Positions 26,788-38,030 of a stretch of 64,000 nucleotides of DNA are shown piece after piece; position 1 is the stretch's first letter, and each line of letters begins with the position of its first letter. Where the stretch lies: NCBI RefSeq assembly GCF_964204645.1, contig NC_134025.1, forward strand, positions 16,467,101-16,531,100, in the 5' to 3' direction. A model generated the notes under the pieces. The model searched no databases. It was not told the DNA's origin and worked only from the letters and a program-made list of their open reading frames with translations. Position numbers and translations under genes: made by a program. The stretch comes from Tubulanus polymorphus. Taxonomy: Eukaryota > Animalia > Nemertea.

Positions 26788-27776
26788 AGCATGATACACG
26801 TGATCATGGTCAACACAGCATCCAAATCAGATTAGAATGCGAACAATACTGTGCAGAAAGCAGACCCGTTATCGCTGCTTCGCAGCTATATTTATTTTTT
26901 TGTTTCCCTTTTCCACACATTTTTTGTTAAAAGTGCAAAGGCTTTCTTACCTTGCTGCTGTTGCGGATACAATCCGTATGATATCCTTGATAACAAACTT
27001 CCTTACAGTAGAGAAAAAGTGGGTCATACACATATAAATCAATATACTCTGGTAGGTGAATGTCTTGCACTGTTTTTCCTGATTTTCTGAACTCGTACTC
27101 AGAAGTTTAATTGAAAATACGTGTCATTGATAAATGAAGAAATCTCACACTTCGAATTAAATTATACGATAGAATTAATTATTATGAAACCACAACGTTT
27201 CGGCTGTTGACTAACAGTTAATATTTCAGCCTTTTGGGGGTTTGACCCCTTCTTATTTGAAAGTGGCCCAAAATATCATTTCATACGTTATATATTTGAA
27301 ATCAGCGTATGAAAACTAGTAGAATGGCACTAATTTCAAACTCGTACTTTGAGATTATCAAACCTTTCGTATTCAATAGTGTAATTCAAACCAGGCAGGT
27401 TCTCCAACTATTTTCAAAAACACGTTTCAACCAATATTCTAAGACAAAACTTCTGATATGATTAGGCCTAGCTACTATGCTATCTTTTGATGTGAATATT
27501 ATTATCTGAAAATAAATATGGTTATTAATAAAACAAGAGTGACCGTTTGATTTTGATCGCTCCTTTGAAGGTTTGAAAGGCAATGTGTATATCAATTTTC
27601 CTCTTCCCATCTTGCCACCGGCCCTTGCAATAAGACCAGCGTCTAATCCATTTTAGACATGGGATATAACAAGTCTTTAAACTGCCTATTAGTTAATGGT
27701 CAGGTGAGCTACAAGACCATTGGTCTTTAATTTTGATATTGATTTCACAGAATAAACTGAGAACTATTTTTTTCAG

Positions 27777-27855
27777 ATTTAATCGTTGTTATTGCATCCG
27801 TTGTAGTGTTAGGAGTCGGCTCAAATGGACAAGTTTTTGCGACATCGGCTATAAG
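27777..27855 (+). CDS. KCNQ1: KCNQ1-type exon (S3, start of S4; human exon 4 equivalent)
   Basis: 79 bp, ag/gt flanks. Translates (D)LIVVIASVVVLGVGSNGQVFATSAI(R). Phases fit the neighbouring exons. Confidence 0.95.
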
Positions 27856-28124
27856 GTGAGTGCGAAGATAAGGTATTTGCGGCAGCTTAAAGATACATTG
27901 TCTTTCAACTTACAATCTTGATATCATACTAGAGTAATACCTGTGGAAACCACGGGTGATTTCCTTTGGCCCAGAACTTCAAACTGTTCAATTTATTGGC
28001 AATAGAATTTAGTCGGGCCATTTAAAATCTGTGTCCATGTCCATGGAGACCACATGAGCTTTGATGACCTGTACCCGTGGTTCCGGGAATTATCGGAGGT
28101 GAACAAAAAGTGTACAGAGCTACG

Positions 28125-28190
28125 CGGGAATCAAACTCCTGACCCATTTGGTGCAAGTCTTGTGCTCTACTAACTGGGCCATTGTGACTA
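28125..28190 (-). pseudogene. Degenerate tRNA-derived (SINE head-like) sequence
   Basis: Minus strand TGGCCCAGTTAGTAGAGCACAAGACTTGCACCAAATGGGTCAGGAGTTTGATTCCCG, with A- and B-box-like motifs. Confidence 0.45.
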
Positions 28191-29459
28191 TTTAATGAAA
28201 GACCAAAATATTATAGTCTTTCATGAGTTCAAGATCGCTCTAAATGCTTGAAAAATGCTTTTAATTTCAAGAATTTCTCCAATCCCACTGAAAAGGCTTC
28301 GCGCCTTAGTGCCTTACAGGATACAACATACATTGTCTTGTCTTAAGACATCTCATCAACAAATAAAATAAAGCAGGACAATACACAAATATCAAAATCA
28401 TTGCATATTATATTAATCATTATAGTAATTATTATTACGCTGATACAAGCAGCTCCACTCTCCTGATAGAAAGCAGCACATGTGTTTATTACAATTATAC
28501 ATCTACTTTTGAAGTTTCATCCACTACCACGTTAGCAGGGGCCTGGCAAAAAGTTTCCGACCCCAGCTTCCCAGGCACCACACATAAAAAGACTGTTCAT
28601 ATATAGTACCTGGGTCATTAGGCCCAAAGACTTCCTGTGCCAGTGTAACCGACTGATTGTTGTATCGGCAGGCTGGCTGGGGAACTAGCATTTACACCAG
28701 CGGTACGGGATTCCATCCATCAGGAACAACAAGGCAGCTAAACCTTTTATGTACAATCTTTATTGCATCCCGTAATGAGAATGATTATCATAGCTTTACA
28801 TAGTCTTTATATACAAAATCATGAGTATAATGTGAGAACTAGGTGTCAGACAAGTTGTACACATCAGGACTCACAAACAAACACCTAGTGACATGTTTGA
28901 GAGGCATTAATTAATTATCGATGAGCACTGACTATAGCTAATTATTGTGAAAACATATTGAGTAATGTCACATGTTGATTACGACCTTAAAGCACTTATT
29001 GACACTATAGTCATAAGTTATATTATATTATTATTATCATTATTATTATTAATATGTAGTAGAGCTATGAAATATTATGAACTGTTCGATATGACACTGT
29101 AGATCTATATGATTATGAAATATGCAAATTATATCAGGGTGACACCAGGTCCATGTGCTAACATGCATTCACTTATTTTATTTCAACATACAAGCCTTCT
29201 TTTTGGCAGAATTATTATGTTTAACTAACTGAATAGCATTCTTGCAAAAATTTCATACATGGCACCAATATACCAACTTCTCGTGATCCTAACATTATAT
29301 AACATATTTCTTCAGTAGATGGATTATCAATGTCAACAACAAAATTAAATACCTTTCAAATAGAACCTCTCTCTGCTTTTGGAATTTGGAGCAGTCAGAA
29401 CAAGTGTATTTCATTGCCAACAGTTTTTGGACAATCTGAGTAGAATCTTTCATCTGGTG

Positions 29460-29535
29460 GTGTGTTATTATAATGTCCCCTTTCGTGTGTTATTATAATG
29501 TCACCTTTCGTGTATTATTATAACTTCCCCTTTCG
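29460..29535. repeat. Three ~25-bp tandem repeats (GTGTTATTATAATGTCCCCTTTCG)
   Basis: Directly visible in the sequence. Confidence 0.85.
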
Positions 29536-29716
29536 GCGTAGCACTCGCAATGTGAAAAAATACCACAGATTTTATAGGTCAGTGTTCTCATCCCTGAGCA
29601 CTACTGTTCATACTTTTAGGGAATGAAGGAATGAATTGGATTTATTTATCATAATAAGCACTTTCATTTCACCTGTGGGTATGAATGAAATAAACAGACA
29701 TATCGGTATCTTTCAG

Positions 29717-29813
29717 AGGTGTTCGTTTCCTGCAAATTCTACGCATGCTACATGTGGATCGACAGGGCGGTACGTGGCGCCTGCTTGGTTCTGTTGTCTA
29801 TATTCATCGACAG
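29717..29813 (+). CDS. KCNQ1: KCNQ1-type exon (S4 voltage sensor, S4-S5 linker; human exon 5 equivalent)
   Basis: 97 bp. Translates [32 protein letters not shown]; the HVDRQ motif is KCNQ1-type. Confidence 0.97.
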
Positions 29814-30276
29814 GTATGTGCAATGAATTCAAAATATCCTGGCTGCATACATGAATTGCTGCATTCTGATCAATAGAATACCCTTCGACCTTCATGGAAA
29901 GCCTTTTAGCACGATGCACATCTAGATAATCTTTCATTGGCCCTGGCATTTAGACCTTCAGGAGTACCATATGTTCATGAAGTATCAAGTAAAACTATAG
30001 GTATAATCTAAGTATCAATCTATTTTTATGGGGGAGACATTTTATTTCAATCTGTGTCTGGCCTCTGCTGTGCAGTGTTCTCTGTCTGATGTCCTCCGAC
30101 ACCTCGTTAGTTTGAGTTTCCCTGCTGCCACCAGGGGGTGGATTTCCTCCGGGTTCTCTGGTTATCATAAAATACTCTTGTCCCCTCCAGAATCCTTGAT
30201 AGCTGAGCAAGGGAGACACACTGCGGTATTGAAAGGTTAACAATTTCGTCATTTGTGATTTTATGTTTTACTTCAG

Positions 30277-30420
30277 GAACTCATCACCACACTTTATATT
30301 GGATTCCTTGGTCTTATATTTTCTTCATATTTTGTCTACCTCGCGGAGAAAGATTCGGGGAATGAAGGTGAAGGCACAACTGATTTTACCAGCTATGCAG
30401 ATGCCCTGTGGTGGGGTGTG
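30277..30420 (+). CDS. KCNQ1: KCNQ1-type exon (S5, turret, pore helix; human exon 6 equivalent)
   Basis: 144 bp. Translates [48 protein letters not shown]. Confidence 0.97.
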
Positions 30421-30831
30421 GTAAGAATATTAAGGGTTTTGTGACGATGAACAAAAATCATATTGTTATTCTTGTGTGTATTGTTTCTTCCTCTTTCCTT
30501 ACTAAAAGTGTCTAGCCTACCATATTATCTACCACTAATGATGACAAAAACTACCACCACATTTATTTCTGTCTCCATCTTATTGCAGCAAAAAAATTCA
30601 TATGTAGATCCTTATAGGAATTATGTTGATTTACCTTATTAGCATTGGTTGATATCTATGACGTCATACTGTAGAGACAATAGTTATAGGTTTTTATGAG
30701 TATGAGAAAAGATAGTGAGTGCAGCGTGTGCCCGATAGCGCACACTAGATGTGTGCTGGTGCGCACACCGAAGGCAAATAGAACTGTATTTAGTTGCTGT
30801 ATTTAGAATAAAAGGACTTTGAAGGATAGTG

Positions 30832-31231
30832 AGGCCTTTTTTTAATAGCTTGGTTTACAGGGTAGGCCTATTAGAATATCATTTCGGAGGAAATGAAAAT
30901 TTTAAAAGAATTCCCTCAGTGAGATAAAATCACTTTTTGAAGGAAGAGGGAACTGCCAATAAGGCAATAATCATATGTCCAAACAAATGATTCTTGAAAA
31001 GTTTGAATTCTGCACACTGTTCAAAAAAAAAACCTCGTGTTTTTAAATTTTTTCATGATTCAAGTCAAGATTCTCATCCGGCGGAGGTAAAAAACTTTTT
31101 TTTTTGCTCGTTTTTTCACTGAATTTGTTCCAGAGACGAGAATAGAAATTAGAAAAAAATCTTTGGTATTTCACTTTTCTCCAAATTTCGGGAGGCGGTT
31201 CCCGTAAACCAAGCTATTTTAAATTAGGCCT
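30832..31231. mobile_element. MITE with AGGCC termini (Harbinger-like)
   Basis: Imperfect TIRs AGGCC..TTTAATAGCTTGGTTTAC / GTAAACCAAGCTATTTTAAATTAGGCCT. Confidence 0.6.
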
Positions 31232-31663
31232 TCGCGTTGTCCAGGAGGGAGTAGAATGGAAGTAGCAGGAATTGAAGATACCAAATAGGGTAAGGTTAGA
31301 AGCGGGTGAGGTCATAGTTTAGTAAGCCCATCCCAAGCCCATCGGCGAGTGCCTGTGCTCTATGATTGGCTTAGCCGCAGAGATCGGCAGGTGTTTGATT
31401 TGATTTAATTTGATTTACTTTGCATAAATAATTGGTACAAGGATTATAACCTAATAGTTATTACATAATATATAGTCGGTGTAACAATAATTTATGCGAG
31501 GAATTGAAGAAAAGCCAATAAGGCTTAAACTAGTCTGAAATCCCTCACCACATACGCTCACATTCTCGCAATCATACGCACACCACACACATACGTTACT
31601 AGAGACACTCTAAAAGATATAAATATGAATTAGACTTGAAGTCAGAACACACAATTATGGTAA

Positions 31664-34580
31664 CTAGTAATTAGACAAGAGCAGACTTCTGAGACTGTAA
31701 CGAAATATACTTAAATGGGGCTGATTTTTCAATTCAGATGGTAGATTGTTCCAGTATTTTGCACCTTGAATTTTAATACTTCTAGATTTTATATTAGTTT
31801 TGGAAAATTTGATGAAAAGATCATTGATTCTGCGCGTGTTGCGCCAATTAGGTCTAGTACGCCTAAAAATGAAGAAGTCTTCAAAAAGGTCAGGTAACAA
31901 ATTATTAATTTGACAGAAGGTGAAAGTTCCAAGCTGTTGTTTATAAATATCACATAATTTCAGGATTTTGAGTCTTTTGAAAATTGGTGACGTGTGTTCT
32001 AACCAGTCAGAACGCGTTACAGTACGTATTGCTCTTTTCTGGAGAACAAAAAGAGGGTTTAAATAGGTACAACAAGCATTTCCCCATATAACATTGGCAT
32101 AATCCAAATGTGAATGGACAAAACAATGGTATAAATTTTTCAAAATGTCTGGAGATAAGTAATTTTTCAACCGGTTAATGATGCCAATGCCACGTGAGAC
32201 TTTTTTACAAACAAAATTGATGTGTTCCTTCCATGTTAAATTTTGATCAAAAATTATGCCTAGAAATTTTGTGCTTGTTACTCTTTTTATCGGTTGACCA
32301 TCTAAGCGTATATTTAGATCCGGAAAAAATCTGTTGCCAAAAATAATGTAATTTGTTTTATCTATATTAACGGAAAGGCGATTCGCTCTGAACCAGTTGA
32401 GGAGCTGATTTAACTCTCGGTTAAGAATGCCCTCTAACTTTTTATAATTAGAGTTACTACAAAAAAAGTTGCTATCGTCAGCAAAAAATATAGAGTCTAA
32501 TAATTTACAAGCATTAGGACAGTCGTTTATGTATACTAGAAACAAAATAGGTCCTAGTATGGAACCTTGTGGAACACCGGATGTTATATCCGCAGTTAAG
32601 GATAAAGTATTTTTATACTTGACCGCTTGTTTTCGACCTGTGATATAACTTTGAAACCAGTTTAGCGGAATGCCACGAATTCCATAGTGCTCAAGTTTAG
32701 AAATCAGGATATCAAACTTAAGGGTGTCAAATGCCTGTGACAGGTCAATAAATACCCCTGCAGTAAAAAGGCCCTTATCAAGGGCACTAGATAATTTATT
32801 GGTAATGAGAGATAAAGCGAGTGTAGTTGAGTACTTTTTCCTGAAACCAAATTGGTGTTGATTAAAAAGTTTGAGTTTTTCAAAAAATTTGTTAAGTCTG
32901 TCATATACGATTTTTTCCAATATTTTTGATATAGACGGCAAGACGGAAATAGGGAAATAGACGGAAATTATTATTTCCACTTTTATAGATTGGAGTAACA
33001 TGAGCTATTTTGAATGCACTGGGCACTTGCCCTGAAGTGAAACTGCAATTGAATATATGGCATAGAGGTTGTGAAATTATAGAAATAATCGATTTAAGTA
33101 ACTTCATACTTATGTTATCAAAGCCACTTGAAGGTTTTGACTTGAAATTAGAGACAATTAATTCAATTTCCTGGGTACATGTTGGTGAGAGGAAAAAATT
33201 TTCACATACATTTTCACCTAAGTAATCTTTAAAGTTTTTCTCAGAAATTGGTATTTGAGATTCCAATGACCGCGCAGCGTTTACAAAATACTCATTGAAA
33301 CTTTCAGCAATTTCTTGCTCATTTTTTAGAACTTTATCATTAAGAAGAAATTCTGAGTTAATCTCAGGATTTTTTTTACCTTTGTTAAGTAAAGAATTAA
33401 CGTTTCGCCATATTTTTCTAGGGTTTAATTTACATGCTATAAATTTGTCCCTATAAAATGAATATTTACTCTTCTTGATGACAGAATTAAGAATATTTCT
33501 ATGTCTATTATATTTATCTTTCCTCTCTTTAGTCCGTTTTCGTAAGTACTGTTTATACAGTTTTTCCTTGAAACGAATCGATTTTTTTATTCCCGTGGTA
33601 ATCCACGGCTTATGGCTATAATTTGATTTATCACGTATAGATTTAATTGGAAAACTCGTCTCAAAACAATTGTTAATAATCTTATAAAATTCCGTGCATG
33701 ACGCTTCAGGGTCACTATACTCGTACACACTTTGCCAATCATTGGTCAGCAAAGAACGGGAGAAATTTTCAATGGTCCTAGAATTTATATCATGGATTAA
33801 CTTAGTATTATTACTTGTTTTATGTCTTTTATAGATACCGTTAAAACTAGCAAAAATTGGGTAGTGGTCTGATATATCAACTAAGAAAACACCACTTTGA
33901 GATTGGCAATTGTCGTTAAAATTGGTCAATATATTGTCAATAACAGTTGATGTAGTATCTGTTACTCGAGTTGGTAAATTTATATGCGGGAAAAAAGAAT
34001 TACTTATTGCATAGTTAAAGAAAGAAGCATTTGGTGAATTATCACCGTATTTACCGAAATCAATATTAAAGTCACCTAATAGAATAACACGTAGCTTTTC
34101 ATTGTCGACTTGGCTTACAAATTGTTCAAAATCAGATAAAAGTGCCGCTATCCTTGTATCAGGTGCACGATATACAACGCCGATAACAGTTTTCATGCAT
34201 GATTTACTTTGTGGAATCTCTATAAAGAGAGATTCTGCTAAATGGAGGTCTTCCCTTCGTTTAAACGGAATAGCATTATTAACCAGAATACCAACTCCGC
34301 CTCCTTTTTTATTAAGCCTGCTCTGGTAAACACCGGAATAGCCAGGCAGATTATATAAACATTCATTTGGGTGATTAGTATCAGTCCACGTTTCAGTCAG
34401 ACCGATTACAGAAAATTTGAACTTTAATAAATGTAGGTAGTCAGCTAACGAGTCGAAATTTTTCTTGGCACTTCGGATGTTAGAATGAAACACACTAAAT
34501 AAGTCATCGTGCGATTTCAAGTTGAAATCGGACGAAAAATAGTACTTACAATTATCTATCAGGTCTGGAATGTCATGCAT
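31664..34580 (-). pseudogene. LINE ORF2 (APE endonuclease + reverse transcriptase), one frameshift at ~32960
   Basis: APE motifs HSNIRS, GLTETW, GDFN, IDNI and SDHYPI. RT motifs QFGFR, DLSQAFD, GVPQGSILGP and FADD. Confidence 0.92.
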
Positions 34581-34597
34581 AACATGTACAAATATAG

Positions 34598-36587
34598 TTA
34601 TTGATCATCATCGATATAAGGCTTTTTGGTTATTTTCCCTACGCTTGGTGGCGTCTGTGATTCAGATCGATCTTTTCTTTTCGTTGTATTCACAGGGGTA
34701 CTGAAAACTTCAGTGTGGTTTTTAGTAGTAATCGCAGTGATCATCGTTTCAAAGTTCTTCGCAACAGTTGATTTCCCGAGTTCGTTCAAATGAATCCCCG
34801 ATTTGTCACTAATGTTGTAAAACCTATCTCTTAAAGCCCCGTGGGGTTTCAGAATGATGTCATTATCAATGAATAGGATGTTCTGTTTGGAGCAGAATCG
34901 CCCCATGTATGAATTAACTGCGCAGGCGGCAGTATTGAAATCCCTCGCAGCGTTTGAGTTCCCTTTCTTAGGGAAGATACTTGAAAGTGATATTTTTGCG
35001 GAAGGAAAGTTTTCCTGAACTTTGGCGATGGCGAAGGTAATGTTCATTTTGATAGCATCGGTATCGGACTTGTTGCGATTGACGTCATTGGTGCCAATGT
35101 GAACGATGACCTCCTTAACCCTTTCGCTACGTGTGACGTTTTGGAAACGTCATATGAGTGACACGTGCTGTGCGTATGACGTTGTAGAAACGTCATGCAC
35201 CTATTGATTTATAACTCGAACGCGTACACAGCAAACAGTATGGAAACGCATGTAAGACAAGATAGTTAGCTTTCTAAACAACAGATGGCGAAAATGCGTC
35301 AGTAGTTGGTGCTGTCAGCCTGTTGAGCACATGGTAATTTGCGCGGGATTGAGATGGCTGCTCGAAAGAAAGTTTTCAGTGCTAATCAAGTTTTAGGCAA
35401 GATTTACGCCGACGACGACAGTGAAGATTATGATTTAGATGACGGGGGTGATTTCGGACTGGGCGGAGACGACTCTTGGGACGAACTGAAAAAAAAAAAT
35501 TTCTAACCCATCCTGACCCCCCCCCCCCCAACACGCCCCCCCCTACAGAAAAGGCTGTTGGTATGATTTTTTACTGATTTTCACTAAATAACATCATAAT
35601 CTTCGATAAAAACGCGAAAAATCGGGGTTAAAAACAATTTGAAAAAAATCGAATTTTTCGGAAAATACCTTACGTACGGGGCGGTGCAAGCGTGTACGAA
35701 GCGAAAGGGTTAACGGATTCTAGATTCGGTATTTGGGATGATGCTTTTTCTAAAAGCGACTGAATATTTTCAGCGGCTGCTCCAGAATGGTGGATGACAG
35801 CGCTGCTACTATGTGGATACTGGAGATCTCGCATGTTCGAATCTCCAATAATAACAACATCAGGCGATTGGTTTCTATCGGATTCTACACTTGTTTGCGT
35901 GCTTTCAGGTCCTGGGAGATTAGCTCTTTCAGTGACCGGGTGACCAATACTTTCTTGTTTAGCATGGTCATTCAACAACGGACTATCGCATTTAAAATGA
36001 TCTGCCGATTTACAGTTGTGACATAAACGATTGTTCAGTCGGCGCGGGCAATTTGAAGAATTGTGATCACAATTCAGACAGAGTTGACATATAGAGTCGC
36101 AATACAATCTCACTGGAAAGTTTCCAATTTTTGTAAATGTCGGCATAACGTTTGCAAGGTTACGAAGCTGGAGATACCTTGTACCTGTAAATATCTGAGT
36201 TCCTTTTATAACACCTCTTTTAATTGATCCGTCCACGTAATCTCCGTATTTCAATAAAAACGCAACGATCACCTTGTCGTCCATTTCAATCGGAGCGTCA
36301 ACTATCTTAACATTAATGTAATTAACATCCACATCGGTGAAATTAACTTGCCGATCCATGATAACAAGTTGGAGCTTTGATAAACGATTTTTTGTTTCCT
36401 TGTCAGTGGCTGTGATTATACAGTTAGAGTTAGTTAACTGAATCGACAGGATTTTACTCACGTCAATTTTATATTTCGCTAACGCATTTACTACATCCAG
36501 ATGTCCTAACTTCTGCTTCCCAAACTGACTGAGGCTGAATTTAACAGAATTCTCTCTTATTAATAACGATTCTTGCACAGCATCCAT
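34598..36587 (-). pseudogene. LINE ORF1: RRM-like region + two zinc knuckles + SGNH esterase, interrupted by piggyBac
   Basis: Knuckles CLNCDHNSSNC and CHNCKSADHFKCDS (last Cys missing). SGNH blocks IGDSN, HIGTND and DKSGIHLN. The reading frame rejoins (..NLESVKEVIVHIGTND..) when 35119-35713 is removed. Confidence 0.85.
35119..35709 (+). mobile_element. Non-autonomous piggyBac (591 bp)
   Basis: TTAA TSDs at 35115-35118 and 35710-35713. TIR CCCTTTCGCT(A/T)CGT. Remnant acidic transposase N-terminus MAARKKVFSANQVLGKIYADDDSEDYDLDD. Confidence 0.92.
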
Positions 36588-38030
36588 TGTCTTACGATCA
36601 CTTGGACAACGATTATTGAGAAAATACAACGAGCACGAAATTTGTGCGTCTGACTCTAAGCCGCCATATTGATATACACGTGAACCTGAGGTATCTTCTA
36701 CCGTTTTACGTCCGGGTTTTATTTTAAGATCTAAAATTGTATTGCAATATCGATTTCTGTGAAATCTTTAGTTGATTTGGTTTTTGGGAGAAGTATTTTT
36801 ATTTGCACTACAGAAAATATCATTGATATTTGTGCAAAGTCCGGGAAAAATAGCTTTTTCTCAAATCGGATGGATGACCTTGATATGCTTATTAGCCATG
36901 TGCTCAAACTGAAAATTCAATCAAATTTTATTCAGCAAAAAAAATACCAAATCCAATTCAATTTTACTTAATTGAACTAGGTTAAACAGCAAATCCAATT
37001 CAATTTTGTTTTATTGAGCAAATTTCAGAAAATTCAATTCTATTTCGCATTCAAATCACTAAGACCAAGGGAAAAGATTTATCTGCGGTATTTGTTCCTG
37101 ACAGCCCCAGTCCCTGTCTGTGCTAGTTATGAAATCACGATTGAATTGTGTAAATTATTAGCCTGGGATTGACTAGTCCATCGAGCTGAGAGTGTATTTG
37201 GACAAATTCAACCCACAGAATGCATCATTTGCCATTTTATGAAAGCTGACCAGCGGCCATAGTGCCCCTTGCGGCTCTTGTTAGTGTTTCATTTTTACGA
37301 ATATTGTTGACAATATTATTATTGATTTGATATACATTTAAATGTTTAAGTCAAGTAACCAAATAACATTGACTCTCATATAGAATTACTTTTATATGAA
37401 GTTGCGGCATCTAATGGATTAGCCTAGAACAATAGACTAAGTTGGAAATGTAGCAAACATAATGTCTCTATTTTACCCTTCAAGATAGCATCGCCAGATT
37501 TTTAGCTCTGCTGTGACTAGGGTTGGCCGATGATCCTTTGATGTCCGTCCCTCCGGTATCAACTGATATTGGTGTCACTTTTTTTCTCCATTAATAAGGG
37601 AATTTTCACAAAATTTGTTAACCTTGGTAGCCTCTTATTCGCTATCGAACAACATTCCAATCAAACTATTGGTTGGGCCACCAGGGGCGTTAAAAAAAAA
37701 TGATGTGCGAATTTATGTCACATATTCTCAGTAACTATACATTTGATATATGCAAAACTCGGTACATTTTTTTATTTGAGCATTTGTTTCAATGGTATTC
37801 GGCCTAAATAACGTATAATTCATGTGATTATTGACCTGTGAAACCTTCATTAAAATTCCCTGAAAACCTGTTTTAGGCGGGAAAATTCTTAGCTCTGGCA
37901 AATAGAATTGCATTAACCTAGATCAGGGGCGTTGTCTCTACAAGCAAATGTGATCGGCAGTTTTTAGGATGTACGGGAATTTCTTCACAACATACAGCAT
38001 TTCATTCCACTAGGTACTGTACACATGCGA

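Larger units (their letters stand above)
17430..26893 (+). mobile_element. 3' part of HINE family B, copy 3, fragmented by at least four nested insertions
   Basis: TTCGAAC-rich array pieces (17430-18070, 22358-22480, 23060-23130, 24820-25430), RT remnant at 25500-25900, and 3' end GCAGAAAGCAGACCCGTTATCGCTGCTTCGCAGCTATATT at ~26853-26893. Confidence 0.55.
31395..36660 (-). mobile_element. Near full-length CR1/L2-group (Crack/Daphne-like) LINE
   Basis: ORF1, then ORF2 (APE endonuclease + RT), 3' UTR and an (AAATC)n tail at ~31395-31420. No TSD seen. Confidence 0.92.

Noticed and set aside
27193-27230. Additional hammerhead on the minus strand (CTGTTAGTCAACAGCCGAAACGTTG)
   Set aside because: Stem II and GAAACGTT are present but the CUGANGA box is disrupted. 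At most a pLTR relic.
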